Counted from the stretch's first letter, positions 1 through 9,230 are shown. The stretch is 53,527 bases of DNA from an uncultured Gammaproteobacteria bacterium (GCA_964527425.1 CAZGOA010000007.1:1-53527); one strand, 5' to 3'. The notes: generated by a model not told the origin, from the sequence alone. A program made the numbers and translations.

Positions 1-1
1 A

Positions 2-631
2 AGGAAAAAATACGCTTAAAACTTTTGTCCTAAGATGTGTGGATCTCCTTCAATTCAAGCCTACGAAATGGACTTTTTAACGGTTAAGTTACTTCAGGAG
101 ATAACTCCAACGGATGATTGCCTAAATGGCTTCATATCCTTACTCCGCCGTACCTATTATAAAAGGGTTGCAAGACTACAAAAACGCAAAGATGAGGCTG
201 ACTCGGATATGAAACGGTTGCAGGGACTTAGACAGTCCTTAATTGAGAAGAACTTAAGCGGTATATACAGCGATGAAATCTTTAAAGAACAGAACAGGTT
301 GATTGAAGAGCAAATGGCAAAAGTTCAGGTTACCAAAGACGATGCTATTCTTTCCAAATACAATCTTGAGGCAATCGTTAATTTTATGAAGGATAAATTT
401 GCTGATTTAGGCAAAACCTACCAGCAATCTGATATTCACCAGATACGGGTGCTATTGTGTTCGATATTCCCCTCCGGAATGTCTTGGAGCTATCCGGGCT
501 TTTCGAACACCTCGGTTAGCCCGTTATTCCAATACATTCAGGGTTTTGCCACAAATAGCGCCCCATTTGGTGAGCATGGAGGGACTCGAACCCCCAACCG
601 ACTCCTTAAGAGGGAGTTGCTCTACCATTGA
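2..631 (+). mobile_element. C-terminal part of a large serine recombinase (zinc ribbon plus coiled coil), with an in-frame TAA at 17-19; 3' end runs antisense into tRNA-Lys
   Basis: Frame reads RKKYA*NFCPKMCGSPS (zinc-ribbon-like), then a long coiled coil (RLQGLRQSLIEKNLSGIYSDEIFKEQ) typical of resolvase/recombinase tails; overlaps the tRNA at 568-631. Confidence 0.65.
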
Positions 632-642
632 GCTACATGCCC
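568..642 (-). tRNA. tRNA-Lys(CTT), CCA encoded
   Basis: Reverse complement GGGCATGTAGCTCAATGGTAGAGC...ACTCC-CTCTTAA-GGAGT...GGTTCGAGTCC...CATGCTCACCA folds into a full cloverleaf. Confidence 0.95.
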
Positions 643-693
643 TGTCATGGGACAAAACCTAAGGTTTTTTCCCAACGATTTTCCTCTACATGT

Positions 694-857
694 ATTGCAA
701 GAGATCTTCTCTCATGACCACACTCTTGCAACTATTTGTATTTTATTATTCTAATTTTTTCTGATTCCATTTAAAAACAAGATTCTTTCCAGCTATCTTC
801 ACTTATTTGTGTCACGAGGTATCTACACACATTACCACACCCTCATGACTATTTGTA
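694..857 (-). repeat. Two 46-nt hairpin units with conserved 5' flank and loop but different, compensating stems
   Basis: Minus strand: TACAAATAGT-stem-TGTGGTnATGnGnGnAGAT-stem at 694-740 and 811-857. Confidence 0.7.
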
Positions 858-938
858 CCTTGCTACCATTCTTACTTTTGGCAACGGTACTTCTTGTCTT
901 AAAAATTACTATATTTTAAATTTCCTTTATATTAATTG

Positions 939-1012
939 CACCTCTGGAGGGATTTGAACCCCCAACCTCATCGTCCGAAGCGATGCGCTCTATCCAGTTG
1001 AGCTACAGAGGC
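939..1012 (-). tRNA. tRNA-Arg(TCG)
   Basis: Reverse complement GCCTCTGTAGCTCAACTGGATAGAGCG-CATCG-CTTCGGA-CGATG...GGTTCAAATCC...CAGAGGTG forms a cloverleaf. Confidence 0.95.
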
Positions 1013-1437
1013 ATAAAATTTTTATACCATCCATATTCTTTTGCTGTTTTCTTTTTATGACAGTTACTACATCTAACTACACATTTTTCAATCTCTTTAA
1101 TTACTTTCGTTAATACTTGATCTCTTTTTATTAATGACACATTAAATTTTTTATCTCTGGTATGATCGAATTCTAATACAACTGGATCTTTTTCTCCACA
1201 ATCGATACATGGATGGGTTAAGAAATAATTCAAAATATATCTTGTATTTTCATTTCTATTAAAATTATTTCTATTTTTTGCTTTTCTTAAATAGTAGCTC
1301 TTATTATTGTAATAATGTTTTTTCACTTCTAATCTTGTACAAATTTTACAAGCATTGTGCCTAATGCCTAAAGTTTTATCTTTAAAATTAAAAAAATCTA
1401 TTGTTTTTTCTAATTTGCATTTACAACACTTTTTCAT
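1003..1437 (-). CDS. Free-standing HNH endonuclease (N-terminal CxxC...CxxC, C-terminal CxxC-HNH)
   Basis: PCIDCGEKDPVVLEFDH...VRCSNCHKKKT motif; very low GC. Confidence 0.8.
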   Translation of the reverse strand: MKKCCKCKLEKTIDFFNFKDKTLGIRHNACKICTRLEVKKHYYNNKSYYLRKAKNRNNFNRNENTRYILNYFLTHPCIDCGEKDPVVLEFDHTRDKKFNVSLIKRDQVLTKVIKEIEKCVVRCSNCHKKKTAKEYGWYKNFMPL

Positions 1438-1610
1438 ATCTTTAGTTTAATTAAGTGAATTTTTGAAATCAATTTTAAAATTCGAAGTTATTAATACAAT
1501 ATAAGACTAAATATTTTATATATAACGCTATAGGTAGTGAGTCTTATACTTTAACCAACACTATAGATAGCTTGACAGGTGTTAAACATTCGTGTCAGTA
1601 TAGAATCTAT

Positions 1611-2216
1611 ATGATTCGGAAAATTGCCATAAGTATATTATGGTTTCCTGCATCGTTAGTACTTCTCTATATTAACCTTCTAGTACTACCAACATATCTT
1701 AAACCAAATTCATCTTTGGCTTTTGATAACATACTTAGTCCACTTGGTGATACTACTCCATATCATCTTGCATCCTCAAATACTTCAAAAGTATTAGGTA
1801 CACAGATTATTGCTGGTGATGCACGTATACATTTAATAGAAGATTTCTTAATCCGTCATAATTCGCCGCTTTCGCCATATGCGCAAAATTTTGTCGAGGA
1901 AGCTGATAAAAATGGTATTGACTTCCGATTAGCAGTATCGATTGCAATGTGTGAATCAAACTTGGGTAAACGCATACCGTCGCAGGATTCGCATAATGCG
2001 TGGGGAATTGCTGTGTACACCGGACAACAGCATGGTAAAAATTTTGAAGATTGGCCATCGGCGATAGCCTGGGTTTCTACCTACCTTAAAGAACGCTATC
2101 TCGATCGTGGTCATGATACGCTGCGCGAAATAGGCTCAATATATGCACCTCCTTCTGTAGAAAAAGGTCATTCGTGGGCACGCTGTGTGGAAGAATTCCA
2201 GAGTCGTATATTTTGA
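1611..2216 (+). CDS. Membrane-anchored lysozyme-fold / glucosaminidase-like protein, paralog 1
   Basis: N-terminal TM, then SPLSPYAQNFVEEADKNGIDFRLAVSIAMCESNLGK...NAWG. Confidence 0.65.
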   Translation: MIRKIAISILWFPASLVLLYINLLVLPTYLKPNSSLAFDNILSPLGDTTPYHLASSNTSKVLGTQIIAGDARIHLIEDFLIRHNSPLSPYAQNFVEEADKNGIDFRLAVSIAMCESNLGKRIPSQDSHNAWGIAVYTGQQHGKNFEDWPSAIAWVSTYLKERYLDRGHDTLREIGSIYAPPSVEKGHSWARCVEEFQSRIF

Positions 2217-2246
2217 TATAATAAGAGATAGAAGTAACCCATAGAC

Positions 2247-2275
2247 TTGACAAAACTTCATTTATAACCTATAAT
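2247..2275 (+). promoter_or_regulatory. Consensus sigma70 promoter
   Basis: TTGACA-N17-TATAAT. Confidence 0.8.
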
Positions 2276-2285
2276 ACTTGACAGA

Positions 2286-2324
2286 TCCTAAGGTGGAATT
2301 CGATGTCTGCTTTAGGGTTTTTTT
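2286..2324 (+). terminator. Intrinsic terminator-like hairpin immediately downstream of the promoter
   Basis: TCCTAAGGTGGA-attcgatg-TCTGCTTTAGGG followed by T7. Confidence 0.6.
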
Positions 2325-2377
2325 GTGGCCATTTTTTTAAACTAATCACTCTCCCTGCCGCAATGGTGCCACTTTAT

Positions 2378-2938
2378 ATGTTTCGTTCTTTAGCGATTAT
2401 ATTGTTAGTTATAAGTATTCTTAGTTTCACTCCACAAACTCATGCTCTTGAAAAAGTAGCAGGGAGTACTGGTCAGCTCATGATTCATTCTATAGCAGAA
2501 CGTTCTGATCCAGTTGATATGCGCGTACTCAAATTACAGGCATATTTTGAAAAATATAACTCTCCGTTAGCGCCATATGCAGATATATTTGTACAGCAAG
2601 CTGATGAACATGCACTTGACTGGAAGCTCGTCGCCTCTATTGCTGGTTTGGAATCCACTTTTGGTAAATTTATTCCACAAGGATCATATAACGCATGGGG
2701 ATGGGGTATACCTACCGGCGCTTCAAAAGGTCTGGGATTTTCTGATTGGGAAGACGGAATCGCAACTGTATCGGAAGGATTAAAACAAAAATATGTCGAT
2801 AGAGGCTTAACTACTCCCGAGCAAATGGGACGTATTTACGCTGCGTCACCTACGTGGGCAAGCAAGATTTATTTCTTTATGAACGAAATTGAAAAACAGC
2901 AGATTGAGAATAATGCAGTGCTGGCTATGAACTTATAG
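2378..2938 (+). CDS. Secreted lysozyme-fold / glucosaminidase-like protein, paralog 2
   Basis: Signal peptide, then NSPLAPYADIFVQQADEHALDWKLVASIAGLESTFGK...YNAWGWG; clearly paralogous to 1611-2216. Confidence 0.65.
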   Translation: MFRSLAIILLVISILSFTPQTHALEKVAGSTGQLMIHSIAERSDPVDMRVLKLQAYFEKYNSPLAPYADIFVQQADEHALDWKLVASIAGLESTFGKFIPQGSYNAWGWGIPTGASKGLGFSDWEDGIATVSEGLKQKYVDRGLTTPEQMGRIYAASPTWASKIYFFMNEIEKQQIENNAVLAMNL

Positions 2939-2941
2939 TCA

Positions 2942-3089
2942 TTGCAAATACTCGTTTAAAACACTATAATAAGTTCAATATTATCTCATTTGGACATCTT
3001 CTTGCCCTTTTATTAAATGAAGGGTCACCAAATGATTGTTGAAAGAAGATACTCGGAAAGGAGTGCGCCGTAGTATCGGCGCTTTTTTT
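2942..3089 (+). promoter_or_regulatory. rpsB promoter and structured leader (probable r-protein leader)
   Basis: TTGCAA-N17-TATAAT (2942-2970); several hairpins; GCGCCG-tagtat-CGGCGC-T7 directly before the ATG. Confidence 0.6.
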
Positions 3090-3809
3090 ATGAAACAAGT
3101 TTCATTAAATGACTTATTAACAGCTGGTAGCCATTTTGGCCATAAAGCCGAACGATGGCATCCTAAAGCAGAAGAATTTATCTATACCGAAAAAGATGGT
3201 ATTCATATCATTGATTTAGCTAAAACAAAAGCTGGTCTTGATAACGCAGCACAAGCATTGCGAGATATGGTTGCAGAAGGAAAAGAAGTTTTATTTGTGG
3301 GCACAAAACGTCAGGCAAAGGCTGTTGTTAAAGAAGCAGCCACAAAGGCTGGCGCTCCATTTTTAACTGAACGCTGGATTGGCGGATTTTTAACAAATTG
3401 GGAAGGAATTAAAAAAAATATTGATAAAATCAACAAATTAACACTTGATCGTGAGAGCGGCGGTTGGAAAAAGTTTCCAAAACACGAGCAATCCAAACTC
3501 GGTAGATATTTATCCCGTTTAAACATGGTTTATCAGGGAGTGTTAAAGCTTAATTCAAGCCCTGATGCTCTGTTTATAGTTGATATTCGAAAAGAATCTT
3601 CAGCTGTAGCAGAAGGGTTACGTATTGGCATTCCAATATTTGCAATCGTTGATACTAATTGTGATCCAACGGATGTAGACTACGTAATACCAGCCAACGA
3701 TGATGCTGTGGGATCAATTCAATATATCACTGATGTCATTGCAGAAGCGTATAATGAAGGAAAAGAAGCGAGAGCAAAAGAAGTTGAAACTGCTCAAGCA
3801 ACAGCGTAA
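3090..3809 (+). CDS. rpsB: 30S ribosomal protein uS2
   Basis: LLTAGSHFGH...W.PK, GIHIIDL, ERWIGGFLTNW, DTNCDP, PANDDA motifs. Confidence 0.97.
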   Translation: MKQVSLNDLLTAGSHFGHKAERWHPKAEEFIYTEKDGIHIIDLAKTKAGLDNAAQALRDMVAEGKEVLFVGTKRQAKAVVKEAATKAGAPFLTERWIGGFLTNWEGIKKNIDKINKLTLDRESGGWKKFPKHEQSKLGRYLSRLNMVYQGVLKLNSSPDALFIVDIRKESSAVAEGLRIGIPIFAIVDTNCDPTDVDYVIPANDDAVGSIQYITDVIAEAYNEGKEARAKEVETAQATA

Positions 3810-3830
3810 CTATTTTTGAAAGGATTATTT

Positions 3831-4292
3831 ATGAATATTTCACTCGATTTATTAAAAAAATTAAGAGAAGAAACCAGTGCGGGTGTTTCTGATTGTCGAA
3901 AAGCATTAGAAGATGCAGAAGGTAATTACGATAAAGCCAAGCAACTCTTAATGGAACGCGGGCTTGAAAAAGCTAAGAAAAAAGAAGGAAAAGAAACAGG
4001 AGATGGAATTATTGCATCATATATTCATAGCAATAATAAGGTCGGCGTACTCATCGAATTACGTTGTGAAACAGATTTCGTTGCACGAACAGATGACTTT
4101 AAGACATTAGCTAAAGAAATAACCTTACAAATTGCAGCAATGAAACCAAAAGACGTATCTGATTTATTATCAAGCGCCTACATCCGTGATCCAAAACTAA
4201 CTATTCAGGATCTTTTAAAAAGTACTATTGCAAAAGTAGGAGAGAATATTACTATTCCCCGTTTTACACGAATGGAATTAGGGGAAGAATAA
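3831..4292 (+). CDS. tsf: Elongation factor Ts (short form)
   Basis: LKKLREETSAGVSDCRKAL, ELRCETDFVART, GENITIPRFTR. Confidence 0.95.
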   Translation: MNISLDLLKKLREETSAGVSDCRKALEDAEGNYDKAKQLLMERGLEKAKKKEGKETGDGIIASYIHSNNKVGVLIELRCETDFVARTDDFKTLAKEITLQIAAMKPKDVSDLLSSAYIRDPKLTIQDLLKSTIAKVGENITIPRFTRMELGEE

Positions 4293-4433
4293 ATTAATTA
4301 TTTGGTATCTGAATCATTCTGGATTGGAGATATTCACCTTAACAAAAAAATGTAAGGGATTATTAGTTAGTAGATGAATTCTATTCTACAAACATACTTT
4401 TCAAAATACGCATAAAGATCTATACTTTTGTCT

Positions 4434-4997
4434 ATGATTGCAACAATAATTTCTCAAACCAAAGAAAAAATGCAAAAAGCGGTAGACGTGACAAAAGAAG
4501 ATCTTTCTACAATTAGATCAGGCAGAGCAACCCCTTCATTGGTTGAAAACGTTATTGTTTCTGCTTACAACGGGACCGCAAAAATGAAAATCATGGAATT
4601 AGCAACCATTACTACCATGGATTCTAAAACCATTGTTATTGCACCATATGATACTTCTATCATCAGTGAGCTGGAACGAGGGATAATGGAAGCAAATTTA
4701 GGTATGACACCAATAGTTGACGGTGAGGTAATTCGATTAACAATCCCACCACTTACAGAAGATCGAAGAAAAGAATATATAAAACTGGCAAAAGCCAAAA
4801 TCGAAGCAGGCAAAATTATGATTAGACAGATTCGACAGGATATGATGCAACATCTTAAAAAACAGGAAGATGAAAAAGAAATTGATGAAGATCAAAAGAG
4901 ACTTGGTGAAAAACAGATTCAGGAAACAACAGATCATATGGTTCAGGAATTGGATCTGTTGGGTACAAAAAAAGAAGAAGAGTTAATGCAGGTTTAA
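4434..4997 (+). CDS. frr: Ribosome recycling factor
   Basis: IRSGRATPSLVENV, IRLTIPPLTEDRRKE. Confidence 0.96.
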   Translation: MIATIISQTKEKMQKAVDVTKEDLSTIRSGRATPSLVENVIVSAYNGTAKMKIMELATITTMDSKTIVIAPYDTSIISELERGIMEANLGMTPIVDGEVIRLTIPPLTEDRRKEYIKLAKAKIEAGKIMIRQIRQDMMQHLKKQEDEKEIDEDQKRLGEKQIQETTDHMVQELDLLGTKKEEELMQV

Positions 4998-5009
4998 TAG
5001 TATTCCTAT

Positions 5010-6275
5010 TTGACCATACTCTCTTTACTCCGTACACTAATACTATCTATGTCGTTTAATCAATTTAATCCTTTCGGACAAACAAAAGCTAAAGCAATTG
5101 GGTTGCTTCTTACCTTACTTTTATTCATAGGTTTATATGTATTAGGCATTATTTCACTGGATATAATTATTATTGTGGTAGTTTTTGGGATTGTTTTAAC
5201 GTTTCTTGTATTTATCCATGAACTTGGTCATTATTCTGTTGCACGTTTAATTGGTGTCAAAGTTGAAGAATTTGGTTTTGGATTGCCGCCAAGAGTAATC
5301 GGTAAAAAAATCGGAGGAACAATTTATTCTCTCAATGCTCTTCCAATTGGCGGATTTGTTCGTTTGGCTGGTGAAGATGAAGAAGAAAATTCAATTGAAG
5401 CGCGTATTAAAAAGAACCATGGAAAAAATCTATCTCAGTTTTTCTGGGCTCGCACCAAACTGGAACGAATTGCGATATTAGTAGCAGGAGTCACGATGAA
5501 TTTTTTACTAGCTGTAGCAATTACAACTGGATTACTCATCTATGGGATTGATGAACCAGCTCCAAGAGTAAAAATTGTAGAGGTACAAAGCGGCAGTCCC
5601 GCAGAAATTGGTGGTCTTATGCCGGGTGATCTAGTCAAAGAAATCCGATACGTAGATGAAAAAGGAAACACAAAAAACGTATTAACACGTCTACCTTCAG
5701 AGTTGGCTGAAACCACCAGGGCAAACCTTGGAAAGGAGTTATCATTAATCCTTTTACGAAATGGTACAGAACAAACTATACAGGTTGTACCCAGAACGGA
5801 ATTTCCTGAAGGAGAGGGACCGATGGGTATAAAAATAGATTTTGATATACAAACACTTAAGTACCCTTGGTATATTGCTCCATTTAAAGCCGTAGAGCTT
5901 AGCATTACTCGAACAAGAGACATGATTGTTGCCATTGCTACATTACCATCCAGGGCATTGCAAGGACAAAATGTTCAACAAGAAGTTGCCGGACCCATTG
6001 GTATAGCTCAAATTACTGGTCAAGCAGTGCGTATTGGGCCTGTAGCTGTATTGAACCTGATGAGTATTTTATCTTTGAGTTTGGCATTTATAAACATTTT
6101 GCCTATACCAGCACTTGATGGTGGAAGAGTACTGTTTGTGGTTATTGAAGCCATTACTGGTAAACGAGTAAATCAGGGATTTGAGAGAACAGCACACCAA
6201 ATTGGTATGGTAGTTTTATTAGCACTAATATTGTTAGTGACGTTTAACGATATAACCCGACTATTTATTGGATAA
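5010..6275 (+). CDS. rseP: RseP-like M50 intramembrane zinc metalloprotease with PDZ domain
   Basis: HELGH, GGFVRL, NILPIPALDGGR motifs; conserved frr-rseP-proS context. Confidence 0.92.
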   Translation: MTILSLLRTLILSMSFNQFNPFGQTKAKAIGLLLTLLLFIGLYVLGIISLDIIIIVVVFGIVLTFLVFIHELGHYSVARLIGVKVEEFGFGLPPRVIGKKIGGTIYSLNALPIGGFVRLAGEDEEENSIEARIKKNHGKNLSQFFWARTKLERIAILVAGVTMNFLLAVAITTGLLIYGIDEPAPRVKIVEVQSGSPAEIGGLMPGDLVKEIRYVDEKGNTKNVLTRLPSELAETTRANLGKELSLILLRNGTEQTIQVVPRTEFPEGEGPMGIKIDFDIQTLKYPWYIAPFKAVELSITRTRDMIVAIATLPSRALQGQNVQQEVAGPIGIAQITGQAVRIGPVAVLNLMSILSLSLAFINILPIPALDGGRVLFVVIEAITGKRVNQGFERTAHQIGMVVLLALILLVTFNDITRLFIG

Positions 6276-6321
6276 ACCTTCCTCCCTAGTGCATTGCTCA
6301 TGAATTAATTATAATCACCTC

Positions 6322-7764
6322 ATGGGATTTGAAAAAAAAGAACTTAAAAAGAAATCAGATAACATTTCGGATTGGTATAATGATGTTGTATTAAAAGCTC
6401 AGATAGCAGACTATGGGCCTGCAAAAGGTACCATGGTTATTCGTCCGTACGGATATGCTATTTGGGAGCGTGTTCAGCAAATACTCGATAGATTATTTAA
6501 GGAAGCTGATGTGCAAAATGCATACTTCCCTTTATTATTTCCATATTCATTATTAGAAAAAGAAAAAGAACATGTTGAAGGATTTTCTCCGGAACTAGCA
6601 GTTGTTACCCAAGGTGGTGGAGAAGAATTAAAAGATCCACTAGTAGTACGGCCTACTTCTGAAACGATCATGTATGTCATGTATGCAAAATGGATCCAAA
6701 GTTGGAGAGATTTACCTGTACTTATTAATCAATGGAATAATGTTGTGCGTTGGGAGAAACGAACATATCTTTTTTTGAGAACTTCAGAATTTTTGTGGCA
6801 GGAAGGACATACTGCACATGCTACTGAACAAGAAGCAGAAGAGATGACAACACAAGCTCTCGAATGGTATCGCAAAGTATATGAAGAATATTATGCTATT
6901 CCCGTTATCCTTGGGAAAAAGAGTGAAAAGGAGAAATTTGCCGGTGCTAAACATACCTATACTGTAGAAGCATTAATGCCGGACGGAAAAGCACTTCAAG
7001 CCTGTACGTCACATAACCTTGGTCAAAATTTTTCTAAAGCATTTGATATCAGTTTTCAAACCAAGGAAGGCGCAAAAGAATATGTCCATCAAACATCCTG
7101 GGGATTTTCTACACGAAGTATCGGTGGATTATTTTTAACTCATGGTGATGATCAGGGACTCATACTACCGCCCAAAATTGCACCAATTCAAATAGTTGTC
7201 ATGCCTATACCCAAAAAAGGTGAAGATAATGATCTTCTAGATGCATACTGCCAAGATTTACGGGAAATGCTTTTTAATGGTGGAATACGTACAAAGTATG
7301 ATAAGAGAGAAGAACCAAGTGTGGGTCGACGATTTAACGAGTGGGAGATAAAAGGTGTTCCACTGCGCTATGAAGTGGGAACAAATGAAGTTAAAAATCG
7401 AACTGTAACGATAGTACGAAGGGATACAGGAGATAAAAAAACAATTGATCGATCTCATGTACTCGTTGAGACAGAACATATCCTCGATCAAATGCAAAAA
7501 GATCTCTATCAAAAAGCATTAACGTTTCAACAGGAACATACACATGAAGTAGAATCATATGAAGAATTTAAAGAAATTATGAGTACTAAACGAGGGTTCA
7601 TAAAAGCATTTTGGTGTGAAAATCCTCAATGTGAAGAAAAAATAAAAGAAGAAACGAAAGCAACTACGCGATGTTTGCCCATAAATACTATAGACGAAAC
7701 TGGAACATGTATATATTGTAAACAATCAGCAACACATAAATGGATTTTTGCTCAGGCATATTAA
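6322..7764 (+). CDS. proS: Proline--tRNA ligase, archaeal/eukaryotic type (no insertion editing domain)
   Basis: RPTSET, FLRTSEFLWQEGHT, QTSWGFSTR, C-terminal Zn-binding region. Confidence 0.96.
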   Translation: MGFEKKELKKKSDNISDWYNDVVLKAQIADYGPAKGTMVIRPYGYAIWERVQQILDRLFKEADVQNAYFPLLFPYSLLEKEKEHVEGFSPELAVVTQGGGEELKDPLVVRPTSETIMYVMYAKWIQSWRDLPVLINQWNNVVRWEKRTYLFLRTSEFLWQEGHTAHATEQEAEEMTTQALEWYRKVYEEYYAIPVILGKKSEKEKFAGAKHTYTVEALMPDGKALQACTSHNLGQNFSKAFDISFQTKEGAKEYVHQTSWGFSTRSIGGLFLTHGDDQGLILPPKIAPIQIVVMPIPKKGEDNDLLDAYCQDLREMLFNGGIRTKYDKREEPSVGRRFNEWEIKGVPLRYEVGTNEVKNRTVTIVRRDTGDKKTIDRSHVLVETEHILDQMQKDLYQKALTFQQEHTHEVESYEEFKEIMSTKRGFIKAFWCENPQCEEKIKEETKATTRCLPINTIDETGTCIYCKQSATHKWIFAQAY

Positions 7765-7765
7765 T

Positions 7766-8596
7766 ATGAAAACCATAGTCACTCATTTAGGACCAGATCT
7801 AGACGCTATAACCAGCGTTTGGCTCATTAAAACATTTTTTCCTAATTGGGAGGAAGCGAGTGTCGCATTTGTTCCTGCAGGTACAACGCTGAACAATATG
7901 GAACCAGACAGTGATCCTAACATAATTCATGTTGATACTGGCTTTGGACAATATGATCACCATCAAACAAATGCAGATATTTGTGCTGCAACACTGGTTT
8001 TTGATGAAGTGAAACAGATTCATGGGCCAGATCCTGCACTGGAGCGACTCGTTGCAAAAGTAAACGCTGATGATCACTTTAAACAAGTATTTTATCCAAA
8101 CCCGGCAGCAGATTATTGGGAGTTTGATTTAGGCGCTATAATCGGTGGCTGGCGTCTACTCAATCCAGAAGATAATATGCGAATATTATCGCTTGGAATG
8201 GATAGTTTAGATGCCGTTTATAAAAATCTCCAAAATAAAGTATGGGCAGAAAAAGAAATTAAAGAAAAAGGTAAAGAATTTAAAACCAAATGGGGGAATG
8301 CACTGGGTGTTGAAACAACAAATGATGATGTCATTCATCTTGGTCAAAAAACGGGCTACCAATTGGTTATTCGGAAAGACAGCAAAAAACAGTATGTACG
8401 TATAAAATCACTACCGCTTGATTCTATAGATTTAACCACTGTTTATACAACACTAAAAGAACGAGACACACAGGCTACCTGGTTTTTACATGCAAGTAAG
8501 CATATGATATTGAATGGCAGTACTAAAAATCCCACTATGAGGCCATCGAACTTGACTCTAGATCAATTGATTGAGATAGTGAAACAGAGTAAATAA
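7766..8596 (+). CDS. DHH/MYG1-like phosphoesterase or exonuclease
   Basis: THLGPDLDAI and VDTGFGQYDHHQ motifs. Confidence 0.6.
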   Translation: MKTIVTHLGPDLDAITSVWLIKTFFPNWEEASVAFVPAGTTLNNMEPDSDPNIIHVDTGFGQYDHHQTNADICAATLVFDEVKQIHGPDPALERLVAKVNADDHFKQVFYPNPAADYWEFDLGAIIGGWRLLNPEDNMRILSLGMDSLDAVYKNLQNKVWAEKEIKEKGKEFKTKWGNALGVETTNDDVIHLGQKTGYQLVIRKDSKKQYVRIKSLPLDSIDLTTVYTTLKERDTQATWFLHASKHMILNGSTKNPTMRPSNLTLDQLIEIVKQSK

Positions 8597-8615
8597 CTCT
8601 AATTAACCTTTTCAT

Positions 8616-8936
8616 ATGGATTCTTGTGTTTTTTGTAACATTATTGCTGGAACTATACCGAGTCAAAAATTATACGAAGATGAAGAAGTCATTGTAATTC
8701 CAGATATTTCTCCTCAAGCACCTACACATCTATTAGTTATTCCAAAATTGCATGTTAAAGAATTTATCGATGTTTCATCAAGTTTAATTACAAAAATTAT
8801 GGAAGTAACCAAAGCTATCATTAAAGAACAAAAAATAGAATCATACAGACTGGTAAATAACGGGAAAAATGTTGCTGTAGTTGACCATTTTCATCTCCAT
8901 ATATTAGGAAATATCGATAAATTTAGAAAACTATAA
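8616..8936 (+). CDS. HIT-family nucleotide hydrolase
   Basis: CVFCNII...QAPTHLLVIPK...HFHLHILG. Confidence 0.92.
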   Translation: MDSCVFCNIIAGTIPSQKLYEDEEVIVIPDISPQAPTHLLVIPKLHVKEFIDVSSSLITKIMEVTKAIIKEQKIESYRLVNNGKNVAVVDHFHLHILGNIDKFRKL

Positions 8937-9035
8937 GCTCCATTCCGCCTCTACCCATCATTAGACCTTCTAGGTTATAATCAGTTTTATAATCCATGCA
9001 CTATTACAGTGCTACATTGTTGGGAGGTGTTTTTT

Positions 9036-9224
9036 ATGGTGGTTGTTAAAGCACAACCAGGAGATACATCAGATTCTGTAATTCGAAAATTTACCCGCAA
9101 AGTATTAGCGGAAGGAATTCTTCAAGATTTAAAAAAGAAAGAATTCTATCAAAAACCAGCAGAAAAAAGAAAAGAACAAAAAAAAGAATTACAACGAAAA
9201 ATTAGACACGGACACAGGGGTTAA
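9036..9224 (+). CDS. rpsU: 30S ribosomal protein bS21
   Basis: VIRKFTRKVLAEGILQDLKKKEFYQKPAEKRK; strong SD GGGAGGTG. Confidence 0.9.
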   Translation: MVVVKAQPGDTSDSVIRKFTRKVLAEGILQDLKKKEFYQKPAEKRKEQKKELQRKIRHGHRG

Positions 9225-9230
9225 TCGTGT

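Noticed and set aside
17-19. Stop-codon reassignment explaining the internal TAA
   Set aside because: All other genes end normally at TAA, TAG or TGA, with no other internal stops; code 11 fits.
694-857. CRISPR mini-array or integron attC
   Set aside because: Only two units, stems differ in sequence, no cas genes, and no RYYYAAC/GTTRRRY ends.
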